Part shown: in pieces, positions 37,604 to 50,552 of the stretch | Layout: the number at the start of each line of letters is the position of its first letter | Numbering within the stretch: the stretch's first letter is position 1 | Origin: Leucoraja erinacea | Taxonomy: Eukaryota | Assembly (NCBI RefSeq): GCF_028641065.1 | Contig: NW_026576497.1 | Location: forward strand, 1-64,000 | Direction: 5' to 3' | DNA length: 64,000 bases | The notes under the pieces: generated by a model | What the model was told of the DNA's origin: nothing | What the model saw: only the letters and a program-made list of their open reading frames with translations | Databases searched by the model: none | Made by a program: the position numbers and the translations under genes

Positions 37604-38121
37604 AATGCCATAGAGGGAGTACAGAGACGGTTCACCAGACTGATTCCTGGGATGTCAGGACTGTCTTATGAAGAAAGACTGGATAGACTTGGTTTATACT
37701 CTCTAGAATTTAGAAGATTGAGAGGGGATCTTATAGAAACTTACAAAATTCTTAAGGGGTTGGACAGGCTAGATGCAGGAAGATTGTTCCCGATGTTAGG
37801 GAAGTCCAGGACAAGGGGTCACAGCTTAAGGATACGGGGGAAATCCTTTAAAACCGAGATGAGAAGAAAATTTTTCACACAGAGAGTGGTGAATCTCTGG
37901 AACTCTCTGCCACAGAGGGTAGTTGAGGCCAGTTCATTGGCTATATTTAAGAGGGAGTTAGATGTGGCCCTTGTGGCTAAGGGGATCAGGGGGGATGGAG
38001 AGAAGGCAGGTACGGGATACTGAGTTGGATGATCAGCCATGATCATATTGAATGGCGGTGTAGGCTCGAAGGGCCGAATGGCCTACTCCTGCACCTAATT
38101 TCTATGTTTCTATGTTTCTAT
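37604..38121 (+). mobile_element. Young CR1 3' fragment (nested)
   Basis: Uninterrupted RT C-terminal ORF and tail. Confidence 0.9.
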
Positions 38122-38824
38122 ACTTTGGCAATACTTTGGCAGGGGGCAAAGTCCGTTTATCAGTCTTATAGCCTGCGGGAAGAAGCTGAGGAGCATCCTC
38201 AGTAAGAAGTCACTAATGGGAATTATATATAGGCCCCCAAACAGTAGCCTGGATATATGGTGCAGTTGCAACAGGAGTTAAAATTGTCATGTAACAAACG
38301 TAATGCCACTGTGGTTATGGGAGAATTCAAAATGCGGGTAGAATGAGAAAATCAGGTTGGTTCTGGACCCCAAGAAAGGGAGTTTGTAGAGTGCCTCCGA
38401 GATGGATTCATGGAGCAGCTTTTACTGGAGCCTACCGGTGAGAAGGCAATTCTGGATTTTGTATTGTCTAATGATCCATATTTAATAAGGGAACTCAAGG
38501 TAAAGGAACCGCTAGGAGGTAGGGATCATAATTGGATACATTTTAATCTGCAATTTGAGTGGGAGAAGGTTAAATCAGAAGTGTCAGTGATGCAGTTGAA
38601 CAATTGGGACTATGGAGGCATGAGAGAGGAGCTGGCCAAGGTAGACTGGAAACGGCTCCTAGCAGGAATGACGATAGAACAGCAACAGCAGTATTTCAGG
38701 CCATAATCCAGAGTATGCAGGATAATTTCATTCCAAAGAGGAAGAAAGATTCTAAGGGGAGTAAGAGGCAACCGTGGCTGACAAGGGAAGTTAGGGATAG
38801 GATAAAAGTAAAAGAAACGGCGTA

Positions 38825-39580
38825 AACAGGAAAGCAGACTATTATCTAAATGGTGGCCGATTAGGAAAAGGGGAGATGCAGCGAGAACTGGGTGTCATGG
38901 TACACCCGTCATTAAAAGTAGGCATGCAGGTGCAGCAGGCAGTGAAGAAAGCGAATGGTACGTTATCTTTCATAGCAAAAAGATTTGAGTATAGGAGCAG
39001 GGAGGTTCTACTGCAGTTGTACAGGGTCTTGGTGAGACCACACCTGGAGTATTGCGTACAGTTTTGGTCTCCAAATCTGAGGAAGGACATTATTGCCATA
39101 GAGGGAGTGCAGAGACGGTTCACCAGACCGATTCCTGGGATGTCAGGACTGTCTTATGAAGAAAGACTGGATAGACTTGGTTTATACTCTCTGGAATTTA
39201 GGAGACTGAGATCATATAGAAACTAGGGGATCTTATAGAAACTAGGCGACCTTATAGAAACTTACAACATTCTTAAGGGGTTTGACAGGCCAGATGCAGG
39301 AAGATTGTTTAAAACCGTGATGAGAAAAACTTTTTTCACACAGAGAGCGGTGAATCTCTGGAACTCTCTGCCACAGAGGGTAGTTGAGGCCAGTTCATTG
39401 GCTATATTTAAGAGGGAGTTAGATGTGGCCCTTGTGGCTAAAGGGATCAGGGGGTATGGAGAGAAGGCAGGTACGGGATACTGAGTTGGATGATCAGCCA
39501 TGATCATATTGAATGGCGGCGCAGGCTCGAAGGGCCGAATGGCCTACTCCTGCACCTATTTTCCATGTTTCTATGTTTCT
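38825..39580 (+). mobile_element. Young CR1 3' fragment (nested)
   Basis: RT C-terminal ORF, tail, and a possible AACA target duplication. Confidence 0.88.
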
Positions 39581-42500
39581 AACATTGCAAAGAGTAGCGG
39601 GAAGCCAGAGAATTGGGAAACTTTCAAAGGACAACAGAAGGTAACAGATAGAGCAATACGGGGTGAAAAGATGACGTACATGGGTAAGCTATCCCTCTGA
39701 GCCAAACCAGACATTGATAGAGAAGGCGAGGACAGACTCTAGGATGGCCGTGTAGATTGGACCATCATTGCCTGTGGCATAAATAATCTACCAGATGAGA
39801 CAAAGCTGAGTGGCAGTGTGAACTGTGAGGAGGATGCTATGAGAATGCAGGGTGACTTGGACAGGTCGGGTGAGTGGGGGAGATGCATGGCAGATGCAGT
39901 TTGATGTGGATAAATGTGAGGTTATCCACTTTGGTAGCAAAAACAGGAAGGCAGATTACTATCTAAATGGCGTCAAGTTAGGAAAAAAGGAAGTACAACG
40001 GGATCCGGGGGTCCTTGTTCATCAGTCAATGAAAGTAAGCATGCAGGTACAGCAGGCAGTGAAGAAAGCGAATGGCAGGTTGGCCTTTATAACAAGACGA
40101 CGAGTATAGGAGCAAAGAGGTCCTTCTGCAGTTGTATATGGCCTTAGTGCGACCGCACCTGGTGTATTGTGCGCAGATTTGGTCCCCTAATTTGAGGAAG
40201 GATATACTTGCTATTGAGGGACTGCAGCGTAGGTTTACAAGGTTAATTCCTGGGATGGCGGGACTGTCATATGCTGAGAGAATGGAGGGGCTGGGCTTGT
40301 ATGCTCTGGAGTTTAGAAGGATGAGAGGGCATCTTATTGAGACATATACGATTATTCAGGGTTTGGATCCGCTGGAGGCAGGAACATATTCCCGATGTTA
40401 GGGGAGTCCAGAACCACGGGCCACAGTTTAACAATAAGGGGTATGCACTTTAGAACGGAGACGAATAAACACTTTTTCTCACGGAGAGTTGTGAGTCTGT
40501 GGAAGTTTCTGCCTCAGAGGTCAGTGGTGGCTGGATCTCTGGATACTTTCAAGAGAGAGCTAGGAAGGACTCTTAAAGATAGCGGAGTCAGGGGATATTG
40601 GAAGAAGGCAGGAAAGTGGTACTGTGTGAGGATGATCAGCCATGATCGCATTGAATGGTGGTGCTGGTTGGAAGGGCTGAATGGCCTACTCCTGCACCTA
40701 TTGTCTATTGTCAGAGGACATATTATCTATGGAGAGAGAGGAACAAAGTGAAATTTGCATTAGGGGAGAAATAGTATTGGGTTGACTATTGGGGATGAAG
40801 GCTGATAAATCCCCAGGGCCTGATGATCTGTATCCCAGGGTACTCAAGTAGGTGGCTCAAAAAATCGTGGACGCATTGGTGATCATTTCCCAATGTTCCA
40901 TGGATTGAGGATCAATTGTTGTGGATTGGAGAGTTGCTAATGTTATCCCTCTTTTCAAGATAGGAGAGAACACGGGGAATTACAGACCAGTTAGCCTGAC
41001 ATCGGTGGTGGGGAAGCTGCTATAGTCAATTACTATAGAAGTAATAACGGCGCTTTTGGATAGCAATCCTGCTTGGCTAATCTTCTGGAATTTTTGAGGA
41101 TGTGACAAGTAAAATGGATGAAGGAGAGCGAGTGGATGTAGTGTGTCTGGTCTTTCAGAAAGCCTTTGATAAGGTCCCACACAGGAGATTAGTGGGCAAA
41201 ATTAGAATACGTAGTATTGGGGTAGGGTATTGCCATGGATATACAATTGGTTGGCAGACAGAAAACAAAGAGTAGGTATTAACGGGTCCGTGTCAGAGGC
41301 AGTGAGAGGCAAGAGGACTGCAGAAATGCGCGGTGTTGGGGCCGCAACTATTGCAATATATATATGAATGATTTAGATTATGGGATTAAAGGTAACACTA
41401 GCAAATTTGCAGGTGACGCAAAGCTGGGTGGCAGTGTGAAGAGGATGCTAGGAGGTTGCAGGGTGGTTTGGACAGGTTGAGTATGTGGGCAGGTGCAGTA
41501 TAATGTGAGGTTGTCTACTTTGGCGGCAAGAACAAGGAGGCAGATTATTATCTCAATGGTGTCAGATGGTGTCAGATTAGGAAAATGAGAAGTGCAACGA
41601 GACCTGGATGTCCTTGTACATCAGTCACTTAAAGTAAACATGCTGGTGGAGCAAGCAGTGCAGAAAACTAATGGCATGTTGGCCTTCCTAACGAGTGGAG
41701 TTTAGTACATGAGTAAATAGGTCACATCTGGGGTATTGTGTGTAGTTTTGATCTAATCATTTGAGGAAGGACATCCTTGCTATTGAGGCAGTGCAGCGTA
41801 GGTTCATGAGGTTAATTCCCGAGATGGCGGGACTGTCACAAGATGAAAGATGGAAAAGACTGGGCTTATATTCACTGGAATGTAGAAGGACGAGAGGGGA
41901 TCTTATAGGAGCGTCTAGAATTTCAAGAGGACTGGACAAGCTAGGTGCAGGAAAACTGGTTCCAATATTGGGGGAGTTCGGAACCAGGGGCCACAGTCTA
42001 AGAATAAAGGGCGCCCATTTAAAACTGAGATGAGAAAAATCTTTGTCACCCAGATTGTTGTGTATTTGTGGGATTTTCTGCCAAAGAGGAGGCCAATTCG
42101 CTGGTAAATGTAAAAGAGCGTTAGATGGAGCTCTAGGGGCTAACGGAATCAAGGGATATGGGGAGAAGGCAGGAACGGGGTACTGAATGTGGATGATTAC
42201 CCATGATCACAATGAATGGCGGTGCTGGCTCGCAGGGCCAAATGGCCTCCTCCTACACCTATTTTCTACGTTTCAATGTTTCTAACAACACACGCACACA
42301 CGCACACACGCACACACGCACACGCACGCACGCACACGCCCATGCACGTATACTGGTACATGCGCTCACGCACACACGTACCCATCCACACAAACCCAGA
42401 CACACAAACGCGCACATACGCACACACACACGTGGGCAGTTCTGTTAGGGAGTACGTGGAGGTTTTGGAACGGTTACAGATGAGTCCATAAGGTCTTGAG

Positions 42501-42593
42501 GTCATACGTACTAGGGGCAGAATTCGCCCCATTCCGCAGAATTATACCATTCCCCCCACCAAGTCTACTCCGCCATTCAATCATGACATCCTG

Positions 42594-43170
42594 TAGTTCT
42601 ACTGCAGTTGTACAGGGTCTTGGTGAGACCACACCTGGAGCATTGCGTACAGTTTTGGTCTCCAAACCTGAGGAAGGCCATTATTGCCATAAAGGGAGTG
42701 CAGAGAAGGTTCACCAGACTGATTCCTGGGATGTCAGGACTGTCTTATGAAGAAAGACTGGATAGACTTGGTTTATATTCTCTAGAATTTATGAGATTGA
42801 GAGGGGATCTTATAGAAACTTACAAAATTCTTAAGGGGTTGGACAGGCTAGATGCAGGAAGATTGTTCCCGATGTTGGGGAAGTCCAGGACAAGGGGTCA
42901 CAGCTTAAGGATAAGGGGGAAATCCTTTAAAACCGAGATGAGAATAACTTTTTTCACACAGAGAGTGGTGAATCTCTGGAACTCTCTGCCACAGAGGGTA
43001 GTTGAGACCAGTTAATTGGCTATATTTAAGAGGGAGTTAGATGTGGCCCTTGTGGCTAAGGGGATCAGAGGGTATCGAGAGAAGGCAGGTACGGGATACG
43101 GAGTTGCGGCGATGCAAGCTCGAAGGGCCGAATGGCCTACTCCTGCACCTAATTTCTATGTTTCTATCTT
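42594..43170 (+). mobile_element. CR1 3' fragment
   Basis: RT C-terminal ORF at 42608-43015 and tail. Confidence 0.9.
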
Positions 43171-43685
43171 CTGCCTTCTCCGCAATGTCAAAACCTCTGA
43201 CGCCTCGACTAATCAAAAATCAGGCAGGAGAATGCGGTTTGGAGGGCGAGGTAGATCAGCCATGATCGATTGGCAGGGTCGATTTGATGGGCCGAATGGC
43301 CTAATTCTAGTCCTATCCTTATAACTTATGAACTTAAGAAGAGGTTGCAGGGAAATCTTCACGGAATAGAACTGACGTCATTGCTACGAGATTCGACAAG
43401 GATCGCTAGGCCAAACAGACTCCCTCCATATGATATGCGAGGAAAGCAGTATTTGAAGAAGTATATTATACGTGGAAGCACCGACGTTATTGGAAAGAAA
43501 AACAAACACAAAATGCTGGAGTATCAGTAAGACATGCACCATTTATGCAGAATATGGATAGGGGACATTTCATGTAGCGACATTTGTTCAGACATCAGTA
43601 TACCGTGGAGACTTTTGAAGGGTATATTTGTGTTTTGGCTCCTACGGCTGAAGGCATGGCCTTTGGTAACAGAGCAAGGCAGGTA

Positions 43686-43880
43686 TAATAATAATAATCA
43701 TCTTATTTATATAGCACATTTTATTCAACTTGCATTGACCCCAAAGTGCTTCACATAATTACATTACAATTACACACAGGCAAAGGTCTTGCCCCAAGGA
43801 CACAACGACAGTATGCACTCCAAGCGGGATTCGAACCGGCTACCTTCCGGTCGCCAGCCGAACACTTAGCCCATTGCGTA
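43686..43880 (-). mobile_element. tRNA-derived SINE with an L2-type tail
   Basis: B box GGTTCGAATCCC, GTGTCCTTGGGGCAAG core, GTGAAGCACTTTGG..GTGCTATATAAAT and (ATT)n tail. Confidence 0.7.
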
Positions 43881-43889
43881 TAGGTAACG

Positions 43890-44465
43890 TATAGGTAACA
43901 GAAGGTACACAGAGGGGGGGGGGGGGCTGAAGAATGGGAGGGGGCAGCCCGAGGGCTGAGGGAGGGGAGGGCTGAGGGAGGGGAGGAGACAGCCAGGGCT
44001 AACAACATTGGGAGAATTCAATGTTCGTGCCCCCAGAATGCAGACTCCCCAAGCGGAATATGAGGTGCTGTTCCCCCAATTTGCGGTGTTGTTCGCTCTG
44101 GCCATGGGGGAGACCCAGGACAGAGAGGACGGATGCGGAAGGGGAGAGGGGCTTGATGTGCTGAGCCACCGTAAGGTCAGGTTAGTCATTGGGCAGTCTG
44201 CAACCTGCGGGCATGAACATTGAATTCTCCCAATGTTGTTATCCCTTGCTGTCTCCTCCCCTTCCTACATCTTCCTTCAGCTTTCTGGCTGTCTCCTCCT
44301 GCTTTTTCCTTTCTCCACCCCGCCCCCCACCAGTCTGAAGAAGGGTTTCGGCCTGAAACCTTGCCCATTTCCTTCGCTGCCTAGATGTTGCTGCACCCGC
44401 TGAGTTTCTCCAGCATTTTTGTCCACCTTTGATTTTGCAGCATCTGCAGTTCCTTCTTAAACACA
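43890..44465. mobile_element. Penelope-like element 3' end in an inverted arrangement
   Basis: Minus strand HRKLGEQHLIFRLGSLHSGGTNIEFSQ (PLE GIY-YIG C-terminus); plus-strand inverted copy LGSLQPAGMNIEFSQ followed by pseudo-LTR-like sequence. Confidence 0.7.
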
Positions 44466-44722
44466 GGTATAGTTATCAGTGGGCTTACATTGTAAATACA
44501 TTGGCTGCCGTGCAGGGAACGGAAAATGCAGCACATCGATTCCAACCCCTTCCCAAGGGACCATTGCACCAAGCAGCTAATTCTGCATGGCCACAATTGA
44601 AGTAACCACCTATCCCCGTTCATCAAAAGAGAAATGAATGGATACAAGTAAGTGACTTGCGAATTGTGTTACCAATCGTGGAGAGAATCCTTTGCATCTT
44701 GAGTTGCTTTTTTTTAGATAAG

Positions 44723-45270
44723 AGTTTTGGTCTCCAAATCTGAGGAAGGACATTATTGCCATAGAGAGAGTGCAGAGAAGGTTCACCAGACTGATTCCTG
44801 GGATGTCAGGACTGTTTTATGAAGAAAGACTGGATAGACTTGGTTTGTAGTCTCTAGAATTTAGGAGATTGAGAGGGGATCTTATAGAAACTTACAAACT
44901 TCTTAAGAGGTTGGACAGGCTAGATGCAGGAAGATTGCTCCCGATGTTGGGGAAGTCCAGGACAAGGGGTCACAGCTTAAGGATAAGGGGGAAATCCTTT
45001 AAAACCGAGATGAGAAGAACTTGTTTCACACAGAGAGTGGTGAATCTCTGGAACTCTCTGCCACAGAGGGTAGTCGAGGCCAGTTTATTGGCTATACTTA
45101 AGAGGGAGTTGAATGTGGTCCTCGTGGCTAAGGGGATCAGAGGGTATGGAGAGAAGGCAGGTACGGGATACTGAGTTGGTTGATCAGCCATGATCATATT
45201 GAATGGCGGTGCAGGCTCGAAGGGCCGAATGGCCTCTACTCCTGCACATAATTTATATGTTTCTAGGTTT
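44723..45270 (+). mobile_element. CR1 3' fragment
   Basis: RT C-terminal remnant and tail. Confidence 0.9.
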
Positions 45271-45397
45271 GTATGAGTTATTACGTGAGCCAAAGATAGA
45301 CACAAAAAGCTAGAGTAACTCAGCGGAACAGGCAGCATCTCTGGAGGGAAGAAGGTTGACCTTTCCGGTCGAGACCCTTCTTCTGACATGCAACGAA

Positions 45398-46311
45398 TCA
45401 CTGACAGACTTTAGCTCGGATGGGTTTCGTCGATTTTGTAATGAGAATGCATGGGAATTTGAATGCCTGGAGCAGTTGTTTTCTGAACTTCCTCTGGGTT
45501 ATGGCGTAAATAGCCGTGTTTGTGCAGGTGCTGAACAGCTGGAGTAGAATAGCAACTTTGTGCAGCAATGGGAAACTGTTACTCGACGATACGCGATGAG
45601 GTGATGGTATAATATGATTGTAAATAAAATCTGCGATTGTTGTCGCCCAGAGGAGGATAAAACTAGTAGTGATTGCAAGGAGTAAAATAATGGACTGCCT
45701 GCGGTTCGCTGTCTCCGGGTCCGCGCTGCTCAGTTCCCGGAGGTTCCTGCGGATCCAAATGGCCTGTAAAATGCGTCTGATAGTGAGGATGTTAAAGGAG
45801 AAAATCAAACAGAACGGAATAAGTGGGGTTAATAATTGGTCGGCCACAGAAAACGCCACCCATCCGGTCAGAGTATAAACATGCGGCGAACGGAAGCAGC
45901 CTTGTTGACCAACGGAAGATGTTAAATATCCGATGTACGCGAAGGGCCATGGGATGTTCTTTACAGAGAAGAGCGCGGTCAATGTCCCTACAACCACCAC
46001 CGCGGTTCTCCCGGTGCAGTACCTGGTTCTCATATTCAGGGTGGAAATGGCTACAAAGCGGTCAAACGTGAACGCCACGGTAAACCAGACTGAACAGTCT
46101 ACAGCCACGGCCGCCATGAAGACAATGGACTTGCACACCGGAGTGTAGAACAAGAACGTGTGCCTCCAATAGATTCCGGCAACCAGCTCTAACAGCACCT
46201 TGCCTATGATCGTCGAGAGGTCCGCCGTAGCCATGGCCACCAAGTAACGGGTGATGCATTTGGAGAGGCCGCACTTTCCACGACATAGGATCACAATGGT
46301 AACCAGGTTCA
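45398..46311 (-). CDS. GPR139-like class A GPCR gene D, coding exon 2 (325 aa spliced)
   Basis: Acceptor ttctcccag|TG AAC CTG. Open 7TM frame with MATAD, FTFDRF, FILLW and NTAIY; a more divergent subfamily than B/C. Confidence 0.92.
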
Positions 46312-46689
46312 CTGGGAGAAGATTAAAAAACATAATGACGTTCAATTGCATGATAAATTTATGACATTAAATGAGCTGTGGGAGTGTATTATACAATTAT
46401 ACTGTTGCCTTTTTACCCGTATCGGTGGCCCCTGTCAATTGCTCCGTTGGATCGGCTGTGCGCCTGATCCCACAGCCAAACATACTTCCTCTCAACAACT
46501 CGTTCACCGACGTCTCTGACGTGAGGAAGTACGGCATACCTGGTAAAGTTCTGATGCAGTTGTGCAATTCGTCGGCGAGAAATCACCCAGAGAACTACAG
46601 GGAGGATGCCATTAGCGTTGGAAAAAGTGCAAAGGTGATTCTCCAATATCTTACTGGAACTGCGGGCTTGAATTATAGCGAGAGGTCGG

Positions 46690-47292
46690 TTAAGGAGCAG
46701 AGAGGTTCTACTGCAGTTGTACAGGGCCTTGGTGAGACCACACCTGGAGTATTGCGTACAGTTTATGGTCTCCTTATCTGAGGAAGGACATTCTTGCCAT
46801 AGAGGGAGTACAGAGAAGGTTCACCTGACTGATTCCTGGGATGTCAGGACTTTCATATGAAGATAGACTGGATAGACTCGGCTTGTACTCGCTATAATTT
46901 AGAAGATTGAGGAGGGATCTTATAGAAACGTACAACATTCTTAAGCGGTTGGACAGGCTAGATGCAGGAAGATTGTCCCCGATGTTGGGGAAGTCCAGAA
47001 CAAGGGGTCACAGTATATGGATAAGGGGGAAGGCTTTTAGTACCGAGATGAGAAAACATTTTTCACACATAGAGCGGTGAATCTGTGGAAATCTCTGCCA
47101 CAGAAGGTAGTTGGTAGTTGTGGCCAGTTCATTGGCTATATTTAGGAGGGAGTTAGATGCGGCCCTTGTGGCTAAAGGAGCGAAGGCAGGCACAGGATAC
47201 TGAGTTGGATGATCAGCCATGATCATATTGAATGGCGGTAAGTGCCGAATGGCCTCTTTCTGCACCTATTTTCCCTGTCTATGTTTCTATGT
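46690..47292 (+). mobile_element. CR1 3' fragment in the GPCR-D intron
   Basis: RT C-terminal remnant and tail. Confidence 0.88.
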
Positions 47293-48746
47293 CAGAGATT
47301 ATTGCCTTGGCACCCAAAACAGGCGACTATATGCGTGCGAGTCACAGAAGCAGATCTAGAAACATATATTACAATCGTTCTACACTCGTAAATCTGAATT
47401 CCTACAGTAACATGTCTTACTTTAACTATGATATCTATACACTGTAAATGGATCGATTGTAATTCAATATCGTCTTTCTGTTGACTGGTTAGTACCCAAC
47501 AACAATGCTTTCACTATATCTCGGTGCACGTGACAATAAATGAAACTGGTTAACCCGATAAACCTGAATTGTATGCAACTTAGGATATAGAACACTACAG
47601 CAAAGGAACAGGCTCTTCGTCCCACACAATACGTGGCGAACATAAACTAATCGCAAATGCCCTCGCATGATCTATGAACCACGAATCAATACATATACAT
47701 GTGCCTATCTAAAAGCTATTGAACCTCGACCATTATAGCTACCCTTACCAGTCCCAGGTCCAACTACCCACGATGGAAAATCTTGCCCCTCTCGTTTTAA
47801 ACTTATTGAGCTCTAGTTTTTGACATTAAAATCCTGACGGAAACGTTCTGATCGTCTGGCTAGGAGGAGCAATTCCCTCGGAACTGCCACTTCTCAACTC
47901 AGTGAGACACAGCACAACAGGAATTCGGCATTTGCCGATCATTTGCCGGTGTATTCGCTGATCTGGCGGGATATAGCCGATCTTTTTCCCGTTACTGAAA
48001 AAAAAACACATGGAAAGCTCAGGGAGATGATGCCAGCAATTGAACGTGGCGCGGCACATACATGCAAAGCATGCGCTCCGCCACTGAGCTAGAATCCCGA
48101 TCTGAAGTTAGAGCTAATCTTTCAAAAGCTGGTAGCTCTTCTCGAGCAACAAAAACAAGAACCAATTTTAAGGGTTTCGGCCCGAAACGTTGCCCATTTC
48201 CTTCGTTCCATAGATGCTGCTGCACCCGCTGAGTTTCCCCAGCATTTTTGTCTACCTATATTTATATTCATGTTCCTTATATCCGACCAAAGACCCGCAT
48301 CACACTGGCCACGCTCTCCTACCATCTGTAATAAATTGCAGGAGTAATAAAACCGGTGCCATTCGCTTCAAGAATTGAAAGCCCATCAGGCTTTTGATCA
48401 CTATATTTTTGAACTAGGATTTGTGTTTTTAGTTTATTGAATATTCTCTGTATATTTTGCCAACAGGCATGTAATGCTGCTGCTGAGTGATAATTTCATT
48501 GTTCGCTTGTAGGTACATTTGACATGCAAACACTCATGAGCATTGACTCTTAAATCTTGACCTAAGACGAGACGGTAAACGAACATCGCCGTGGTTTTAC
48601 TCCCACCAGGCACCAAGCAACAGGTTGAAGATTTTTTTTGCAGCATTTCTCATTATCTTTAATATTTTCCCGTAACCGGCATGAAACATAAGAAACACCC
48701 CCGGACCGTATGTGAATTCGCGCCACACAAGCCACCCCTGCCCTAC

Positions 48747-48810
48747 CTGGTACTCCAATTGCAGCCAGAATTGGATAATAATATAATTCCATGCGCCGTA
48801 TCCGCCACAT
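48747..48810 (-). CDS. GPR139-like GPCR gene D, coding exon 1
   Basis: MWRIRRMELYYYPILAAIGVP+G, 64 nt, donor GTAGGG; in-frame TGA two codons upstream; TATATA at about 48904-48911. Confidence 0.85.
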
Positions 48811-49524
48811 ATTTCAGATTTCCGTCTTCTTGGTCGTAACTGTGGTCTATCCTGTACGTAACTGGACGCGGGCAGACCATGAGCCAAGTGAAACACGCTG
48901 GTGTATATATACTCTAAATAATACACAGTAGAATTAAATGGAAAATTAGACCACTTCCCCCGAGCATCACGAATGCGTCTTGGCAAAAACAATATTTCGT
49001 TCCCCAGTGATGGTGAGCAATCAATGTAAGGTCCTCTGCACATTACGCGTACACCAGCTGAGCACTTTCTGCAACAAAATATGAAGCAGTTCAATTTTTG
49101 ACTATTTCCAATGACGTATTATAAGTGATTCATTCCACCTTTCCTCTTTTTTTGATATTTGTAATTCTTCCTTTCTCTCCATCTCTTTCTATCTATATTA
49201 AAAAACACTAGAAGCAGAATGAATCGACAATTGAAATTTTTAATAATGTATGATTGATGTATATGATTTTGTTTTTACTATAATATGTAACTATACTTTA
49301 CCGTAATATGTTTGCTTCTAATAAAAATATTAAAAAAAAAAAAAAAAACCCCAACAAAATATGAAATTCCAATTATTGAGACAGTCATAGAGTTGTATAC
49401 CGGCGGTACGTGTCCCTTGACCTATCATTCAAGTAGTCGTCTAGCTGCCTCTTAACGTGTTACTGTTTCTACCCCCACTGCCTCCTCGGGCAAATCTCTA
49501 TTCAAATAGCTCTTTAATATCACG

Positions 49525-50235
49525 TGAAAAATAGACTGAATAACATTTTTCCAAATGTCTCCCCCATCTGTGACAAATGTGCATCTCAAAACGTCACTAT
49601 AACACACTCTTTTGCCCCCTGTACAAAACTTCATAAATTCTGGAATGAAATTTTTGGAACTTTTACAAAACTATTTAATACAAAACTGAACCCCAATATA
49701 GAAATGATTATCTTCGGATCAATGGAAGGCGGATGTAAACTAACTACGTTTCAAAAATCTCTGCTTAACTATGGCTTAATAAGGGCAAAAAAAAAACATA
49801 CTTAAATTATGGAAACATGCAGCCGCACCAACTCCCAAAATGTGGATCACAAACATGTCTGAAATTTGGCATCTTGAAGAAATGAGACTCGTCCTTTTAG
49901 GCAAAACAGACTAATTCTAAATGATTTGGTCTTCTTTTATCGACAAGCATATGGTGCAACATAACCTTAGAAATTAAACGTTTCAGAACCGGATGAAAGG
50001 TGGATAAAGATATTAAATAGGGTTATCTCTTTCAATTCCTTTCTTTCTCTCTAACTCTCTTTTTTGCTTCTCTTTTTTCACACTCTATCCCCTTTTATCT
50101 TGTCTTTGGGCTTTCTTTACTATCTCACGATATAACACTACCATCACGGCTTATGATACTTTTTTCTTCTCTATCTTGGCTTGTCTCATTTTCTGTTCTA
50201 ATCTGTTAAAAATAAAAATAAATAAATAAATAAAT
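49525..50235 (+). mobile_element. L1/Tx1-clade LINE 3' fragment
   Basis: CDKC..ITHSFAPC zinc knuckle and (AAAT)n tail. Confidence 0.78.
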
Positions 50236-50552
50236 ATTAGCTCTTTAATGACCGCATATCACCTTGAACCCGTGCCATTTTGTTCTGCACAATGGCACAT
50301 ATAAAACGGATTCGGTTATCTCCTCTATCGATGCCTCAATTTATACACTTCACATGATACGTAGAAACAAAGAAACATTGAAAATACTTGCAGGAGTACG
50401 CCATTCGACCCTTAGAGCAAGCACCACCATTCAATATGATCATGGCTGATCATCCAGAATCAGCACCCCGTTCCTACTTTCTCGCTATATCCTCTGATTC
50501 AGTTAGCCCTTAGAGCTATATCTAACTCTCTCTTGAACACAATAATACGTCT

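Larger units (their letters stand above)
34640..42285 (+). mobile_element. Near-full-length degenerate CR1 LINE carrying several nested insertions
   Basis: ORF1 SGNH-esterase-like region (LPGAR..HVGTND..VVISGLLPVP, 35089-35688); ORF2 APE start (YMNARSI..IIGITDTWL) near 37060; APE 38200-38830; RT 40780-42050; tail near 42280. Confidence 0.8.

Noticed and set aside
46312-46351. MQLNVIMFFNLLP as the GPCR-D N-terminus
   Set aside because: It is the intronic polypyrimidine tract before the acceptor; exon 1 at 48747-48810 supplies TM1.
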